A DNA stretch of 64,000 nt from Mobula hypostoma (lineage: Eukaryota): the NCBI RefSeq assembly GCF_963921235.1, contig NC_086108.1, positions 32,118,001 to 32,182,000 on the forward strand. The letters run 5' to 3'. The notes beneath the pieces are model-generated. The model was not told where the DNA came from. It did not search any database and was given only the letters and a program-made list of their open reading frames with translations. Made by a program: the position numbers and the translations under genes. This document shows positions 1-14,293 of the stretch, one piece after another (the stretch's first letter is position 1; each line of letters begins with the position of its first letter).

Positions 1-449
1 GAAACATTATCCAAGCTTCATATTTAAGAGTTTTTCTTCAGCTTATGGAAATAAGCTGAGAAAGCACAGGAACGTTTTAACATCCACGAAGTACAGAAAT
101 TCAAACTCTGCACTCATTTTGCATTGCTCCGTAGAGACCTTGCTGGCAAAATCCTGGCAGTTGCCCTGTATATCTGTAAACAGCTTTATACAAATAACAT
201 GGCTCCTGTAGGTACTTGTCCACCAAATTGTCCACATTGATCTGCCCTTCAGGAAAATTCTCTGTCCCTTCTCTCATTGTTGTAGTGTCCTACATTGAAG
301 CGGCAACATGCCCAAGTAGCAGAGTGCTACTTTTAAGGTGACATTTGCCAAAATTGCAGCTGCCAGACTAAGTGAAAGCAGCTGTAAGATATAACAGATT
401 TATAGGATAGTGCAGTTATAATTGAATTGTGTACAATTATGTGGGGAAG

Positions 450-2640
450 CCATAAGATATAGGAGCAGAATTTGACAATTAGATCCATCAAGTCTAGTAC
501 GCTATTCTATCATGGCAGATTTATTATCCCCTCTCATCCCCATTCTCCTGCCTTCTCCTCAGAACTCTTGACACTCTTATTAATCAACAACTTATTAAGC
601 TCCACTTTAAATATACCAAATGAATTGTCCTCCACAGCCATCTCTGCCAATAAATTTCACAGGTTCATCACCTTTTGTCTAAAGAATTTCCTCCTCATCT
701 GATTTCCCTTTAGAAACCCTTCTATTCTGTGGCTGTGCCTTCTGGTCCTAGACTGGCACACTATAGGAAACATCCTCTCCATACCCACTCTACCTGGATC
801 TTTCAATATTGGATAGGTTTCAATGAGATCCTCCTTCATTCTTCTATGCTCCAGCGAGTACAGGCCCAGAGCCATCAAGTGCTCCTCATACGTTAACCCC
901 TGTCATTCCCAGAATTATTTTCATAAATCTACTCTGGACCCTTTCTAATGTCTGCACATCCATTCTTAGATAAGGGACCCAAAACTACTCACAATACTCC
1001 AAATGCAGTCTGACCAATACCTTATAAAAACTCAGCAATACATCCTTACTTTTATATTCTAGTCCTCTTGAAATGAATGCTAACAGTGCATTTGCCTTAC
1101 TTTCCAACAACTCAAACTGCAAGTTAACCTTCAGGAAATCCTGCATGAGGGCTCCCAAGTCCTTTCGCACCTCTGATTTCTGAATTTTCTCCCCATTTAC
1201 AAAATACTCTACACCTTTATTCCATCTACCAACCGCATGACCATACACTTCCCTATACTATTTTCCATCTGCCACTTCTTTGCCCATTCTCTCAATCTGT
1301 CCAAGTCCTTCTCCAGACTCCTTGCTTCCTCAAAACTACTGCCACTCCATTGATCTTCGTATTGTTTGCAAACTTGGCCACAAAGCCATCAATTATGTCA
1401 TCCAAATCATTGCTAAAAGAAGCAGACCCAACACTGACACCTGTGGAACACAACTAGTCACTGGCAACCAACTAGAAAAGGCCCTCTTTATTCCCACCCA
1501 GTCCATCAATGTTCTACCCATGCTGGTATGTACTTATCCTGTAATACTGTGGGCTCTTATCTTGCTTAGCAGCCTCATGTGCAGCACCATTTCAAAGGCT
1601 TTCTGAAAATCCAGGTAAACAACATCCATTAACTATCCTGCCTGTTATTTCCTTAAAGAATTCCAATAGATTTGTTAGGCAAGATTTCCACGCTGACTTC
1701 AGCCTATTTTATCATGTGCCTCCAAATACTCCAAAATATCATCCTTACATCTTCCCAACCATTGAAGTCAGGCTCACTGGCCTATAATTTCCTTTCTTCT
1801 CTCTCCGTCCTTTCTTGAAGAGAGGAATGACATTTGCAATTTTCCATTTTTCCAGGACCATTGTAAAATCTAGTGATTCTTGTTAGATCACTATTGAAAG
1901 ATCACTGCTTCCAGAATCTCTTCAGCTACCTCTTTCAGAATCCTGAGGTGTAGTCCATCTGGTCGAGGTGACTTATCTACCTTCAGACTTTTCAGCTTTC
2001 TGAGTACCTTCCTCTTAGTAATAGCAACTGCACTCACTTCTCCCCAAGACACTCTTGAATTTCTTGCATGCTGCTCTTGTCTTCCACAGTGGATATCGAC
2101 ACAAAATACATTAATTTCATCCACCATTTGTCTCCCATTACTGTCTCTCCAGCATCAGTTTCCAGCAGTTCACTATCCACTCTCACCTCTCTTTTACTCT
2201 TTATGTATCTGTAAAAACTTTTCGTATCCTCTTTTATGTTATTGGCTAGCTTACCTTCATATTTCAACTTATGGCTCCTTACTGTTTTTTTTAAAAGTTT
2301 CCTTCTGTTTAAAAGCTTCCCAATTGTCTAGCTTCCCACAGATTTTTGCTACATTGTAGGCCCTCTTTTTTGCTTTTATGCTGTCTTTGACTTCCTTCGT
2401 CAGCTACGGTTGCTTTAATTTCACCCCACCCCCTTCAGAATACTAATTCTTCTTTGGGATGACTCTGTCCTGTGCCTTCTGAATTGCCCCTAGAAACTCC
2501 AGCCATTGCTGTTCTACTCATTTCGAATGCTTTTCTAATTGCCTTTACTACACTGTAATACTGATACATCTGACTTTAGCTTCTCCCTCTCAAACTGCAG
2601 GGTGAATTTTATCATACGACGATCATTGACTCCTATCTTA
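450..2640 (-). mobile_element. Decayed CR1-type LINE (ORF2 remnants and 3' end)
   Basis: Fragments such as KSPRPDGLHLRILKE, LVRLHLEYC and ALGLYSLEHRRMKEDLIE; many frameshifts. Boundaries approximate. Confidence 0.85.
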
Positions 2641-3619
2641 TTATTTATTACTGTGTTAATAACTTCACAAGTGAAGATCTCAATCCTCATGCACTTTTAA
2701 AAACAGTGTCAGGGTGACACAGAGCACTATTTATATACTATTAGGATGCACTAAAACATTTATAGACGCCTGTCCATATAAAATTTAAACAGTCTGAATA
2801 TTAAACAGAAATATAATGAGTTAAAAGGCCAACATTGCTTTTCCTAGTTTTAACATACCCAAAGTATATTTGTATCCCATGTATTAAACTCTGCTGTTCT
2901 CCTACGATTATAGAAGTTCTGCTTCTACCTCTACTTTTCTGCGAGTCCCCACATAGTTGCCCATTAGCGAACTAGCTCAGGCTGCTAATACCCTGACAAC
3001 AAACCACAGTCGAAAATATGGTCATCCTGGTCAAGAGCTACTCAATCTTTGTAGACAAGAGCAATTCCAACCACTTAAACCAGGGGCAACTTGCACACTG
3101 GTTTGTCTGCAGCTACAGAAGGGCTACTGTGTAGAAGTAGCAGAGCTGCAAAGACACATAAAAAGCAGTCATTAAGGGAATATATAAGGGTCAAAACATT
3201 GTTTACTTTGGTTTTGATTTATTGCTAAATTGTTTTGATTCATGCTTGATTTTAAGATATCAGGGAGGAAAAGATTGCCACTTTGGAACTACATCATAAT
3301 TGGAGTGCACATTTCTCTATATTTAGTATCATAAGGATACTAAAAATTGCTTTGAGAGCACCATGTATTTCTCATTCTTATTGGCCTTCTTCACCCAGTC
3401 CATTGCTAGTGGTGAGGGTGCTCAGGTATTGTTGTTTGCGGAAAATTCCAGAACAATAAATAACTGAGCAAAAAGGAAAGTAATGATATAATCTAAATAA
3501 CAATGTTATGAGATTGGGAATCCACTCTGATTCTCAAGAGTGAAGCTTTTGCTTTCATAGGCCGCTTAGGCAAATGATCCATTCAGCTGGAAAGGATCAA
3601 ATACAAAACACTGGTTTAA

Positions 3620-4165
3620 ACATACTTGGTGCATAGTGTGCAACTTCGGTCACAAAAGTGAAGAAGGAGTGTGATGGCACTCAAAAGAGAGCAGAAATGA
3701 TTCACTAGATGTCTATATTGAAGTAGTTTAGTAAAGGTGAAGGATTGGATAGACTGGGCTTGTTTATCCTGTTGCAAAGGAGGCTGAGGGGTGACCTGAA
3801 AGAATATGTAGGATTAGAGTGGCATTGATAAGACTAATATAGTCCAGATCTTTCTCCCCATGGCTGGGCTATCAAAAGCAAAAGGGCATAGATTTAAAGT
3901 GACAGAAAGGAGTAAAAGGAATCTGAGGTGTCCTTTTTTATATATACATAGAGTAGTTGATATCTGGAACGCGCTGCCAACAGATGTGGTGGAGTCAGAT
4001 ACAACTACTATGTCTAAGGGGCATTTAGCCAGATGCTTAAATCGTCAAGGTATAAACTGTTGGGGTCCTTATGTGAACAAATACGATTAAGGTTGATGGG
4101 AAAAGTGATTTACATTGACACTGTGGGCCAAAGGACCTGTTTCTGTGCTGAACAACTCTATGACT
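3620..4165 (+). mobile_element. CR1 LINE 3' fragment
   Basis: ORF 3860..4090 (GHRFKV...RVVDIWNALP) is the CR1 ORF2 C-terminus, followed by the 3' UTR motif gggccaaaggacctgtttctgtgctg. Confidence 0.75.
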
Positions 4166-4599
4166 ATAAGCATTATAATAAGGTCAAATGACATTGAAAA
4201 CTCAGGTTGTTTGATAGTAAAGAAACAAGATTCTCGATGTTTTTGCACTGAAACTAATGGGGTAATCATTAGTGAGGCTGCACTCAGACAAGTGCAGAGT
4301 ATTCTTCAATATAGAGAATATTCCTCTTGACCCTGCCTTGTGCCTTGCAGATGACAAAAAGGCTTCATGAAAGGAGTTGTGCAGAGTAGCATATACAGAC
4401 TCCAATAGGTTCTTGCAACCATAGTAATTAACTACCTGGTCCACATGATTTTCCACTTAACGCTGATCCTTACAATGGTTACTATTGAGTTGAAAATAGT
4501 AATGTGATGAAATGTTAAGACAATATGGATTGATTTTCTCTTGATTCAGATGGTCCGAGTATGGTATATTTGTATCTTACCAATTAACATCCTATAACC

Positions 4600-7440
4600 A
4601 TAAAACCGTAAGATACAGAAGCAGAATTAGGCCATTTGCACTATCGAGTCTGCTCTGCCATTTCATTATGGCTGATCCATATTCCCTCCCAGCTCCATTC
4701 TCCTGCCTTCTCCCCATATCCCTTCATGCTCTGCCTTAAATATACCCGATGACTTGGCCTCCACAGCCGCCTGTAGCAGCGAATTCCATAGATCCACCAC
4801 TTTCTTGCTAAAGAAATTCCTCCTCATTTCCATCCTAAAAGGATGGCCCACTATTCAGAGGTTGTGTCCTCTGATCTTGAGACTCCTCCGCTACAGGAAA
4901 CATCCTCTCCACATCCACTATCGAGGCCTTTAAAGTTCGATAGATTTCAATGAGATCTGACTTCTTCTGAATTCCACTGAGTAGAGGCCCAGAGCCAACA
5001 AACACTCCTCATATGACAAGCCTTTCAATCCTGGAATCATTGTCATAAACCTCCTATGAACCCTCTCCAATGTCAGCACATCCTTTCTTAGATACAGGGC
5101 CCAAAACTGCTCACAATACTCCAATATTACGTCCTTGCTTTTATATTCTAGTCCTCTCAAAATGAATGCTAACATTGCATTTGCCTTCCTTTCTACCAAC
5201 TCAACCTGCAAACTAACCTTCAGGGAATCCTGCATAAGGACTCTCAAGCTCATTTTCACCTCCAATTTTTGAATTTTCTCTCCATTTATGAAACAGTCTA
5301 CCCTTTTATTTCTTCTACCAAAGTGCATGACTATACACTTATTGACACTGTATTCCATCTGCTACTTCTTTACCTATTCTTCTAATCTGTTTACTGTAGC
5401 CTCTCTACTTGTTCAAAGCTATCTGCCTCTCCACTTATCTTCATATCGTCTGCAAACCTGGCCACAAAATCATCAATTCCATCATCCAAATCATTGACAT
5501 GTAACATAAAAAGAAGCGATCCCAATACAGACCCCTGTGGAATACCACTCGTCCCCAGCAGCTAACCAGTAAAGGCTCCCTTTATTCCCACTCTTTGCCT
5601 CCTGCCAATCAGCCAATGCTCTATCCATGCTAGTACCTTTTTTGTAATACCATGGGTGTTTAACTTGTTAAGCAGCCTCATGTGTGGCACCTTGTCAAAG
5701 GCCTTCTCAAAATCGAAGTACACAAGATCCATCAACTCTCCCTTGTCTATCCAGTTTGTTATTCCTTCAAAGAATTCCAAAAGCTTTTCCCTTAAGGAAA
5801 CCGTACTGACTACAGCCTATTTTATCATGTGCCTCCAAGTACCCCAAAAACACATCATTAACGATTGTCTCCAACATCTTCCCAACCACTGAGTTCAGAC
5901 TAACCAGCCTATGATTTCCTTTTTTCTGCCTGTCTCCCTTCTTGAAGAATGGAATGATATTTGTAACTTTCCATTCCTCCAGAACCATGCCAGAATCAAT
6001 TGATTCTTGAAAGGTCACTACAAGTGCCTCCACAATCTCTTCAGCACCCTGGAGTGTAGACCATGTGGTCCAGTGACTTATCTACCCTCGGGCCTTTCAG
6101 TTTCCCAAGAACCCTCTCCCTAGTAATGGTAACTTCACACACTTCTGCTTCCTGACACTTTCGAACTTCCAGCACACTCCTACTGTCTTCCACTGTGATG
6201 ACTGATTCATTCATTTCATACACCATTTCCTTATCCCCTTTTACTACCTCTCCAACAGCTACACTCACCTCCCTTTTACACTTTATATATCTGAAGAAAC
6301 TATTGGTATCCTCTTTAATATTATTGGCTAGCTTACCTTCTTATTCCATCTTTTCCTTCTTTACGACTTTTTTTAGTTGCCTTCTGTTGGTATTTAAAAG
6401 CTTTCCAATCTTCTAACTTCCCACTAATATTTGCTCTATTACATGCCCACTCTTTTATGTTTTCTTTGACTTCTTTTGTCAGCCACAGCTGTATTCTCCT
6501 GCCTTCAGAATGCTTCTTCCTTTTTGAGATGTCTGTATCCTGCACCTTACAAACTGCTCCCAGAAATTCCATCCATTGCAGATCTGCCACCATCTCTGCC
6601 AGTGTTCCTTTCCAATCAATTTTGGCGAGCTCCTCTCTCATGCCTCTGTAATTCCCTTTACTCCACTATAATGCTAATACATTGACTTTAGCTTCCCATT
6701 CTCAAATTGTAAAGTGAATTCCAACATATTAGGCTCCTTTACCTTAAGCTCTCTCATCAATTCCAGGTCATTGCACAATACGCAATCGACAATAGCTGAT
6801 CCCCTAGTGACCTCAACCACGAGCGACTCTAAAATGCCTTCTTGCAAGCATTCGAGAAATTCCCCTCTGGGGATCCAGCATCAACCCAATCTACTTGTAA
6901 ATTGAAATCCCCGATGACTATTATAATGTTGCCCTTTTCACATATATTTTCTATCTCCCATTGTTCCGTTGTAATTTGTAGACCACATCTTTACTACTGT
7001 TTGGGAGTCTGTATGTAACTCACATCAGGGTCTTTACACACTTGCATTTCCTTAGCTCCACCCACAATGATTTAAAACCTTCTGATCCTGTCACTCCTTT
7101 CTACTGATCTGAATTAATTTTTACCAACAGAGCCATGCCACCCTCTCTGCCTACCTGCCTGTCCTTTCGATACAATATGTATGCTAGGACTTTAAGCTCC
7201 CAACTACAATCTTCTTTCAGCCATGATTCAGTGATGCACACAACAGCATACATGCCAATCTGTAACTGTGCTACAAGTTCATCTATCTTATTCCGTTTTC
7301 TTCGTGCCTTCAGTCCTGTATTCACCCTTTTTGCTATGTCTACCTTTAATATTGCATCTCATCCTATTGACTGCAATTTTACTTTATCATCTGCCCCTTC
7401 TTTCTAGCAGTCTCAGTGCCTCTGTTTGTAAACCAATTAC
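4600..7440 (-). mobile_element. Decayed CR1-type LINE, most of ORF2 (APE-RT)
   Basis: NKIDEL...ITESWL (APE), DFEKAFDKVPH (RT), LWNSL (C-terminus). Boundaries approximate. Confidence 0.87.
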
Positions 7441-7629
7441 AGCAAGACCTTGTGGCACTTGGCAGTGAGCAGCCTCTTAGTTTGCAGATTAAGGGTTTCA
7501 TTTGAACCAGAGGGCTATAAGGCATGCCCTAACAGCATTTCTAGAGAGGACACTGCTTTCTCCTCTTCATACAGGATTATGTGTTTGTGATAACCACATT
7601 GTAGAAGATGCAAAAGGTAATGCTAAATA

Positions 7630-8350
7630 ATGAGACCTTTTCTGGGGGGAAAAAAGATATTGTCCTTGATCAATCAAGGTACTGAAATCACATCAAGTAT
7701 TCTAATGGTACACTCCAAAAAACGCCTGGTGGCCTGTGGTTATAACTGTACTCACCAGCATGACAAGGAGCCCAGAAAAGAGTATGAGGCAAGGCTTTAT
7801 AGGACACTGATGAGGCTGCACTTCAAGTGTTGTGCTCAGTTACAATCACTCTGCTACAGGGAAATTATTAAATTAGAAAGAGCGTAGAAAAGATTTACAA
7901 AAATGTTGCAGGACTCGAGGAAAGAGATGGACAGGCTAGGTGGGATTTTATTCCTTAGAGCAAAAGAGGATGTGAAATGTTTAAAATCATGAGAGGAAGA
8001 GATAGGGTGAATGCACTCAGTCTTTTTTCCCCAGAGTTGGGCTATCAAAACCTAGAGGCATAGGTTTAAGATCAAAGGAGAAAGATTTAAGAGGAAGTCG
8101 AGGGCAACTTTTTTTCTTACAAATAGGGTGGTATCTTTGTGTTAAAATAAAGAATAAGCTGCCAGAGGAAGTGGTTGTGGCAAGTGCAATAACAACTTTT
8201 AAAAGGCAGTTGGACAGGTACATGGATTGGAAAGCTTTGGAAGATGATAGGCTAAAGACTGGCAAATGGGACTAGCTTGCATGGGTATCTTGGTGGCATG
8301 GACTAGTTAAGCCAAAGTGCCAGTTTCCGTGTTATATAACCTAATGACTC
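7630..8350 (+). mobile_element. CR1 LINE 3' fragment
   Basis: LYRTLMRLHFKCCAQ-like motif, agaggcataggtttaag, and a CR1-like 3' UTR. Confidence 0.7.
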
Positions 8351-8369
8351 GATGGCAAAATATATTAGT

Positions 8370-9410
8370 GAGTGGAGTTAGAAAGTGGAATTGGTTTATT
8401 ATTGTCAAGTATATCAAGGTATAATAAAAAACCTGTCTTGCATACCATAAGACATAGGAGCAGAATTAGGTCATTCAGCCCATCGAGTCTGATTTGCATT
8501 TTATCATGGCTAATTATTATTCTTCTCAACCTCATTCTCCTGCCTTCTCTCCATAATCTTGATCCCTTAACTAATCAAGAACCTATCAACCTCTGCCTTA
8601 AATATAACCAATGACTTGGCCTACACAGCTGTCTGTGGCAATGAATTCCACAGATTCACCACCCTCTAGCTCAAGAAATTCCTCATCTCTGTTCTAAATG
8701 GATATACAGATCAAATCATTATATGGTACACTGAGGTGGTAGAAGGTAAAACAATGGCAGAAAGCTGAATAAAATGCAACAACTAAAGTGAAAATGCAGT
8801 GCAGGTAGACAATAAGGTGCAAGATCACAATAAGGTATATTGTGTGGTCAAGAGCCCAACCTATCATATTAGGAAACCATTCAACAGTTGTATAACAGCA
8901 AGGTGTCCTTGAGCCTGGTGGTACGTGCTTTCAGACTTCTGCATCTTCTGTCGGATGGAAGGGGAGAAGATGTAATATCTGGGGTGAGTGGGGTCTTTGA
9001 TTATGCTGGTTGTTTTACTGAGGTAGCAAAAAGTATAGACAGAATCCATGAAAGGGTGCTGGTTTCTGTGATATGCTGAGCTGTGTCCACAACTCTTTGT
9101 AGTTTCTTGTGGCCGTGGGCAGAGCAGTTGCCAGGCCAAGCCTTTATGCATCCAGAAAGAATATTTTCTATGGTGCACCGATAAAAATTGGTAAGGATCA
9201 ACAGGGACTTGCCAAATTTCTTTAGTCTCCTGAGGAAGTACAGGCATTGGTGGGCTTTCTTGACCATGGTGTCTACGTGACAGACCAGGTCCGGTTATTT
9301 GTGATTTTCACTCTTAGGACTTGAAGCTCTCAACCTCAACACTATTGAGGAAGACAGAAGTATGTGCACCATCCTACTTCCGGAAGCCAATGACCAGCTC
9401 CTTTGTTGAT
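8370..9410 (-). mobile_element. Rex/Babar-L2-type LINE 3' fragment, interrupted by a CR1 3' end (~8446-8700)
   Basis: ORF 9001..9267 (VKKAHQCLYFLRRLKKFG...FYRCTIENILSGCI); a CR1 tail (cataagacataggagcagaattagg) is inserted within it. Confidence 0.75.
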
Positions 9411-9546
9411 CATCCTTAACCTTTCCATCACAGCAACTGAAACTGGGCAAAGCTGAGTGCATCATGCGAATTTCTGAGATTCATGTATACGCTGTGTTAG
9501 AGTAACTAAATGAACAGCATCTATATATTCACTAAACATGTTAAAA

Positions 9547-9627
9547 CAGGGGTTCCCAACCTGGGGTCCACAAACCCCTCATTTAAGGGCAGGGGTCCAT
9601 GGCATAAAAAATGGTTGGGAACCCCTG
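9547..9627. mobile_element. 81-bp hAT (Charlie-like) MITE
   Basis: Perfect 15-bp TIRs CAGGGGTTCCCAACC / GGTTGGGAACCCCTG; perfect 8-bp TSD TGTTAAAA (9539-9546, 9628-9635). Confidence 0.92.
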
Positions 9628-9749
9628 TGTTAAAAGGTCTTACATATATTCCATTAACACGTAAAGGGCATGAACTGTATGATGAAATTCTCAGGTGATG
9701 TTGGAGAACAGGAAGGAAAAATGATGGAGCTTACCTCCCCCGCCCCCCA

Positions 9750-10920
9750 AGATTCAAGATTGTTTAATATCATTTACAGTACACAAATGTAAAGGAGAAT
9801 GAAATAATTGTTTCAATTATTGGATCTGGATTGGATATTCCAGATCCAATGCAGCCCAAAAAAATCACCATAAGATAAAGAACACAATAATAAAAACACA
9901 ACTAATATAAATACATAGGATAGCTTATAGACATAGGTTGATTTATGGCCATAAAGTGACGCTAGGCACAGGAATGTCTGTAAAGGAAATGACTTTGACA
10001 AGAAATGATAAAGTAGTGGTGGTTGGGGGTGTGGAGGGGTAGGTTAGTGGTTGGAGGTGTTAATCAGCCTTACATCTTGGGAAAAGGAACTTTTTTTTGC
10101 ATCTGGTAGTCCTTATTTGATACTACGTAGCCTCCTCCCTGATGGGACTGGGTCAAAGTGTCCACAAGTAGGGTGGGTGGGACATTTCATGATGTTACTA
10201 GCCCTTTTATGGCATCTTTCTGTATACATGTCCTTGATGGTGGGTAGGCTGCTGTCAGTAGTGCATCGAGCAATTTAGACTACTCATTGTGGAGCTTTCC
10301 TATCTGTCACAGAACAGTTTCCATACCATGCAGTGACACAGCTTGTTAGGATACTCTCTACTGCACATCTGTAGAATGATGTGAGTATAGATGCGCATAA
10401 TCCAGCTCTCCTCAGAAAGTAAAGCCATTCGTGAGCTTTCCTGATTGCACGGAATGTGTTCTGAGACCATGAGAGATTGTGAGAGATGTGCACTCCCAGG
10501 AGCTTGAAACGACTTGCAGCTTCCACTGCTGTGCTGTTGATATACAAGGGTTTGCATGTTATGAGTTCTCTTGAAGTCAATAACTGTCCCCTTTGGTCTT
10601 GTTGGCATTGAGGAAGAGGTTATTTGCCCGGAACCAAGACTTGAGCTCTTCCTCCTCTTCCCTGTAGGCCAACTCATCATTGTTGGTGATGAGCCCCACC
10701 ACTGGTATGTCATCGGCAAACGTGACAATCTGATTATCATGTGTTTGACCACATCATGCGTCAGCAGAGTGTACAACAATGGGATCAGCACACAGACCAG
10801 GGGCACCCTGTTGACAGTGATGGGAAAGGAGGACCAATTGTGCAACCTGACTATCTTAGGTCTGTTGGTTATAGCCATTTGCACCGAGGTGTATGAGTTT
10901 GTTCACCACTGTTTGTGGGG
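9750..10920 (-). mobile_element. Rex/Babar-L2-type LINE 3' fragment
   Basis: PLLYTLLTHD, FKLLGVHISHNLSWS, FYRCAVESILTSCVTAWYGNC; tail begins caagattcaagattgtttaat. Confidence 0.75.
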
Positions 10921-11145
10921 CAATAGTGTTAATATTAATGGTTTCAAAAAGTGAAATAACTGATGTGTTACATTAAGAAACACAAACACACACAATTGTA
11001 AGATTTTTGTGCACTACCTGGATTTTTGCTACTTCTAAGTGCTGCAGATGTGCATAGTTAAAATGCCCATGAGATTGAAATCATAGACGTTTACTTAATT
11101 AACAAATTAGAGGTCATAATTAGAAGACTTCAAGCAGATACCTAC

Positions 11146-11216
11146 TTTGCAAACCCAATGAAGTCTTCATGCTTTGTATTGATATAAGACAACTGGATAT
11201 CAATCAATAACAATAC
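11146..11216 (-). CDS. DNM3: Dynamin exon 12 equivalent (VLLLIDIQLSYINTKHEDFIGFA)
   Basis: LLIDI..SYINT.HEDFIGFA; 71 bp; AG and GTAGG boundaries. VLLLIDIQ is most like mammalian DNM3 as recalled. Confidence 0.94.
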
Positions 11217-12275
11217 CTAAAGAAAACAAAATGTTAAAATTTTAACCATATTTTGTGCATTTAACCTTAGTTATTAAGCAAAGCAATCAGGCAAACTGAA
11301 AACACTCCTGTAGATTCTGATAAATATTTTCTCTGTTTCTGAAATGAAGCTCAAATGTAAAACAACATTTTGTTGAGTTGACCTATTTTGTGGCACTCAG
11401 GTACCAGTGAAACTTGCAGATGTACAAGTGGCATAATGAAGAGTCAAATATTTTAATGATAGCATCCAACTATGTATTAGGATCCGAGAAGTTTGCAAAT
11501 AAAAACAATAGAACACATTAATGTAAAAGCTGAACACTGTGGATTCAGCAATTCTGAAATAAAAACAAAAAACTGCTGGAGATATTCAGTAGGTCTCCAT
11601 GGAAATAGAACCAGAGTTAAAAGTTCAGATCAAAGACCCTTCATCAGAAGGGTTTCTTCGTGTTAACTCTAGGATGTTAATGTATGCTCGAACAGCACAT
11701 CCAGAAAGGTGGCACTTCCTCCTGCTGTTTAGGGCAAGGCACTCATGACAGCTGCACTCTTGAAGATATGAAATGGGACTACCTTGGAATGGACACCTTA
11801 GAGGAATGGGCCAGTTGGGCCAAAGGGCATATTTCCATATTGTATAACTTAATGATTCTATGGCAAAATATATTTGCAATTGGACAATCATTGTACCAGG
11901 CATCAAGGGACAGTGAAAAAGTTGCCTTGAAGACTGTTCATACTGAACAAATCATTATACAGTTCAAGGTAAATGCAGAATAAAGTGCAACAGCTACGAA
12001 GAAAGTGCAGTGTAAGTCAACAATAAGAAACAAGATCATAATCAGGTAGATTGTATGGTCAAAAGCCCATCTTATTGTATTAAGAAACCATTCAATAGTC
12101 TTGTAACAGCAGGGTAGAAACAGAACAACCCAGGTTTAGATGCACGATTGGAGGGCTGCCCTTCTAGAGGAGACTTTTATGGAATAGGTCATCCTGACCA
12201 GACTCGTTCTGTCCTTTAACCAACCTCATGAGTATCTCCAGTAGTTTCTGTTCTTTGTTAAGAAAGTACACTAAC

Positions 12276-12362
12276 TTGATTCTTTGTCCTATCTTCTCGT
12301 TCTCGTATGTAGCTGAAAATAACCCTTTCTGTCTCTTCCTGCAGTTTTGGGTACCTGCCCAG
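12276..12362 (-). CDS. DNM3: Dynamin exon 11 equivalent (LGRYPKLQEETERVIFSYIREREDRTKNQ)
   Basis: YP.L.EETER....IRERE.RTK.Q; 87 bp; acceptor TTTACAG, donor GTTAGT; phase 0 on both sides. Confidence 0.93.
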
Positions 12363-14293
12363 CTGTAAAGATAAATAACATTTACTTAAATTCTTTAAGG
12401 TGAAAATTCATTCATCTAACGAAACCACTTATCTTAATATTATCAAAAGTACAGTATGTTTACTACACTTAATACTAATTGGTTTCTATGATTGTTTATG
12501 TAATTCCCCACAGATGGCCGATTCAAAATTCAAAATGAAGACATCCTGATGTATGAACTATGTTCTAAATACAATGAAAATGTATTTTAGAATGTGCTAA
12601 ATAGAAGAATGATGTTCACAAATAAATTTTCAAAGAAATTTATTTGTTAAATATTTTATATGGATGGAAAGATTCAACTACAGCTAGAAAAGATTTGGTT
12701 TCATCTGAACAACTTCAAGTTGTCAAATAGTGGCTATCATATAGAGTAAATGTAAACTTCCATCATAAAACTGAAATGAAATTGCCTCCTTTTTAAAACG
12801 AGCTGTCGAATCCAAATGTTACCAAGAAGCTTATGGCACTATCTATAACACACATCAAACATGCTCAACGTGAAGGAAAATTCATCCGATGGTGGAAACC
12901 TAAAATAAACTCACAGAAAGTGCTGCTGATACCAAGCAGGTGAGGCAGAAACTGTTGAGAGAGAAACAGAGTTAATGTTTCAGCTTGACGTAGGTCAGAG
13001 AAAACATTCTCAATCAAAACAATAATGTTTTCTCTCTTCACAGATGCTGCCTGGCTTATGAACTTTTCCCTTAACTTTCTGTTTATGGATTATTATGTTA
13101 AGCAATGGAACACAAATAATATTTTCACTATTATTAAAAGTAGTGAAAGCTTACAGACACCAAGATTCATCAATGGTTAACAAATTGAATATAAAATAAA
13201 TCTGCAGAATATTAGACAAGGGATTATTTACTCAGGAACTGAATAGGCCAGAATGTACCATCAACAGCTATTCATTTTTGCTTACTGCTTGCATAAATAT
13301 GAGCTACAGACCAACTTTTTGCCAAACTATTGATGTCTGTCTACGTGTAATCCAAAGGGGCATGGACCTGAAGTGGCAATAGGACATAGTGTGACAGATG
13401 TCAGTTGGACAGTTCAGTCAAGTGTCATTATCAAAACAGTCAAACATTGTAAATTCTGAATGCCCAGAATTTTCAGAAACATTTAAAATCTAAACAAAAA
13501 AAAACTCTTCTTTATTGTTAGTTTAAAACATAATTTCACAAGAACTCTTGAAAACATTGTTAGCTGCAACAGTGGTTTTCCCAGATATTCTCCAACACTA
13601 GACTCAGCAGATTAAAGCTTGGAAAGAAGCAGCAAATTTGGTCACCTGAATGAGGATCAGCTGCAAGGGGGAAAAGTGAGAATTAAGTAGTTTACATTTT
13701 TTGAATTAGTGAGCTTGTTTTCACATTTTTAATTAGTTTTGGGATTTGGGTGTTCATATGGATGTCTCAAACTTCCTGATACATACAAGTTGTCAATTCA
13801 GTGTGAAACTAATGCTGCTTCCAAACAAACTGTGGCCTACCACAATGCCTTGTAATTTCCGATAGCCTTTTATGGTCGTTGCTTACTTTAGAACTAGAAA
13901 TTAAGATTATAAAAATATTTTTATTTATATATTCCAAAAATATATTTGCCCATAAAGGCAGTACTTATTCCACAAGGGAATATACTCTACAGTAACCTCT
14001 GCAACTAAGGAAGCCAAAGGCATGACAAACAGACTTGAACAGCGAATCATATGTGTTTTCTTTGTGGACCCTTACGTGTATCTCAGGTGAGGCATTTATG
14101 TTAATTTTTCCTAGCAGAGCAGTACTGAATAAAGATCATCCCAGATTATGGTAAGAGCTCCACTCCTGTGAAATTCTCATAACTCAAACATTTCACAAAT
14201 TGGAAGTGCAACAGCAAATGGTGTTCCCACATGGCAGAAGATGCCTAGAGCCCTACAACAGCCAGCAAATCGTATAATTGTATCTATGGACTA

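Noticed and set aside
3082..3170. Strong-looking minus-strand splice acceptor (gctttttatgtgtctttgcag) as a candidate next exon
   Set aside because: Reading on from exon 12 hits TAG within seven codons, there is no dynamin similarity, and the donor is poor.
11017..11045. Short AG...GT segment just downstream of exon 12
   Set aside because: No polypyrimidine tract, wrong size and no similarity to exon 13.
1..11145. Dynamin exon 13 (AQQR...GNQ) and the miR-199/miR-214 cluster expected in a later dynamin intron
   Set aside because: No matching sequence found by eye; they probably lie beyond the left edge of the window.
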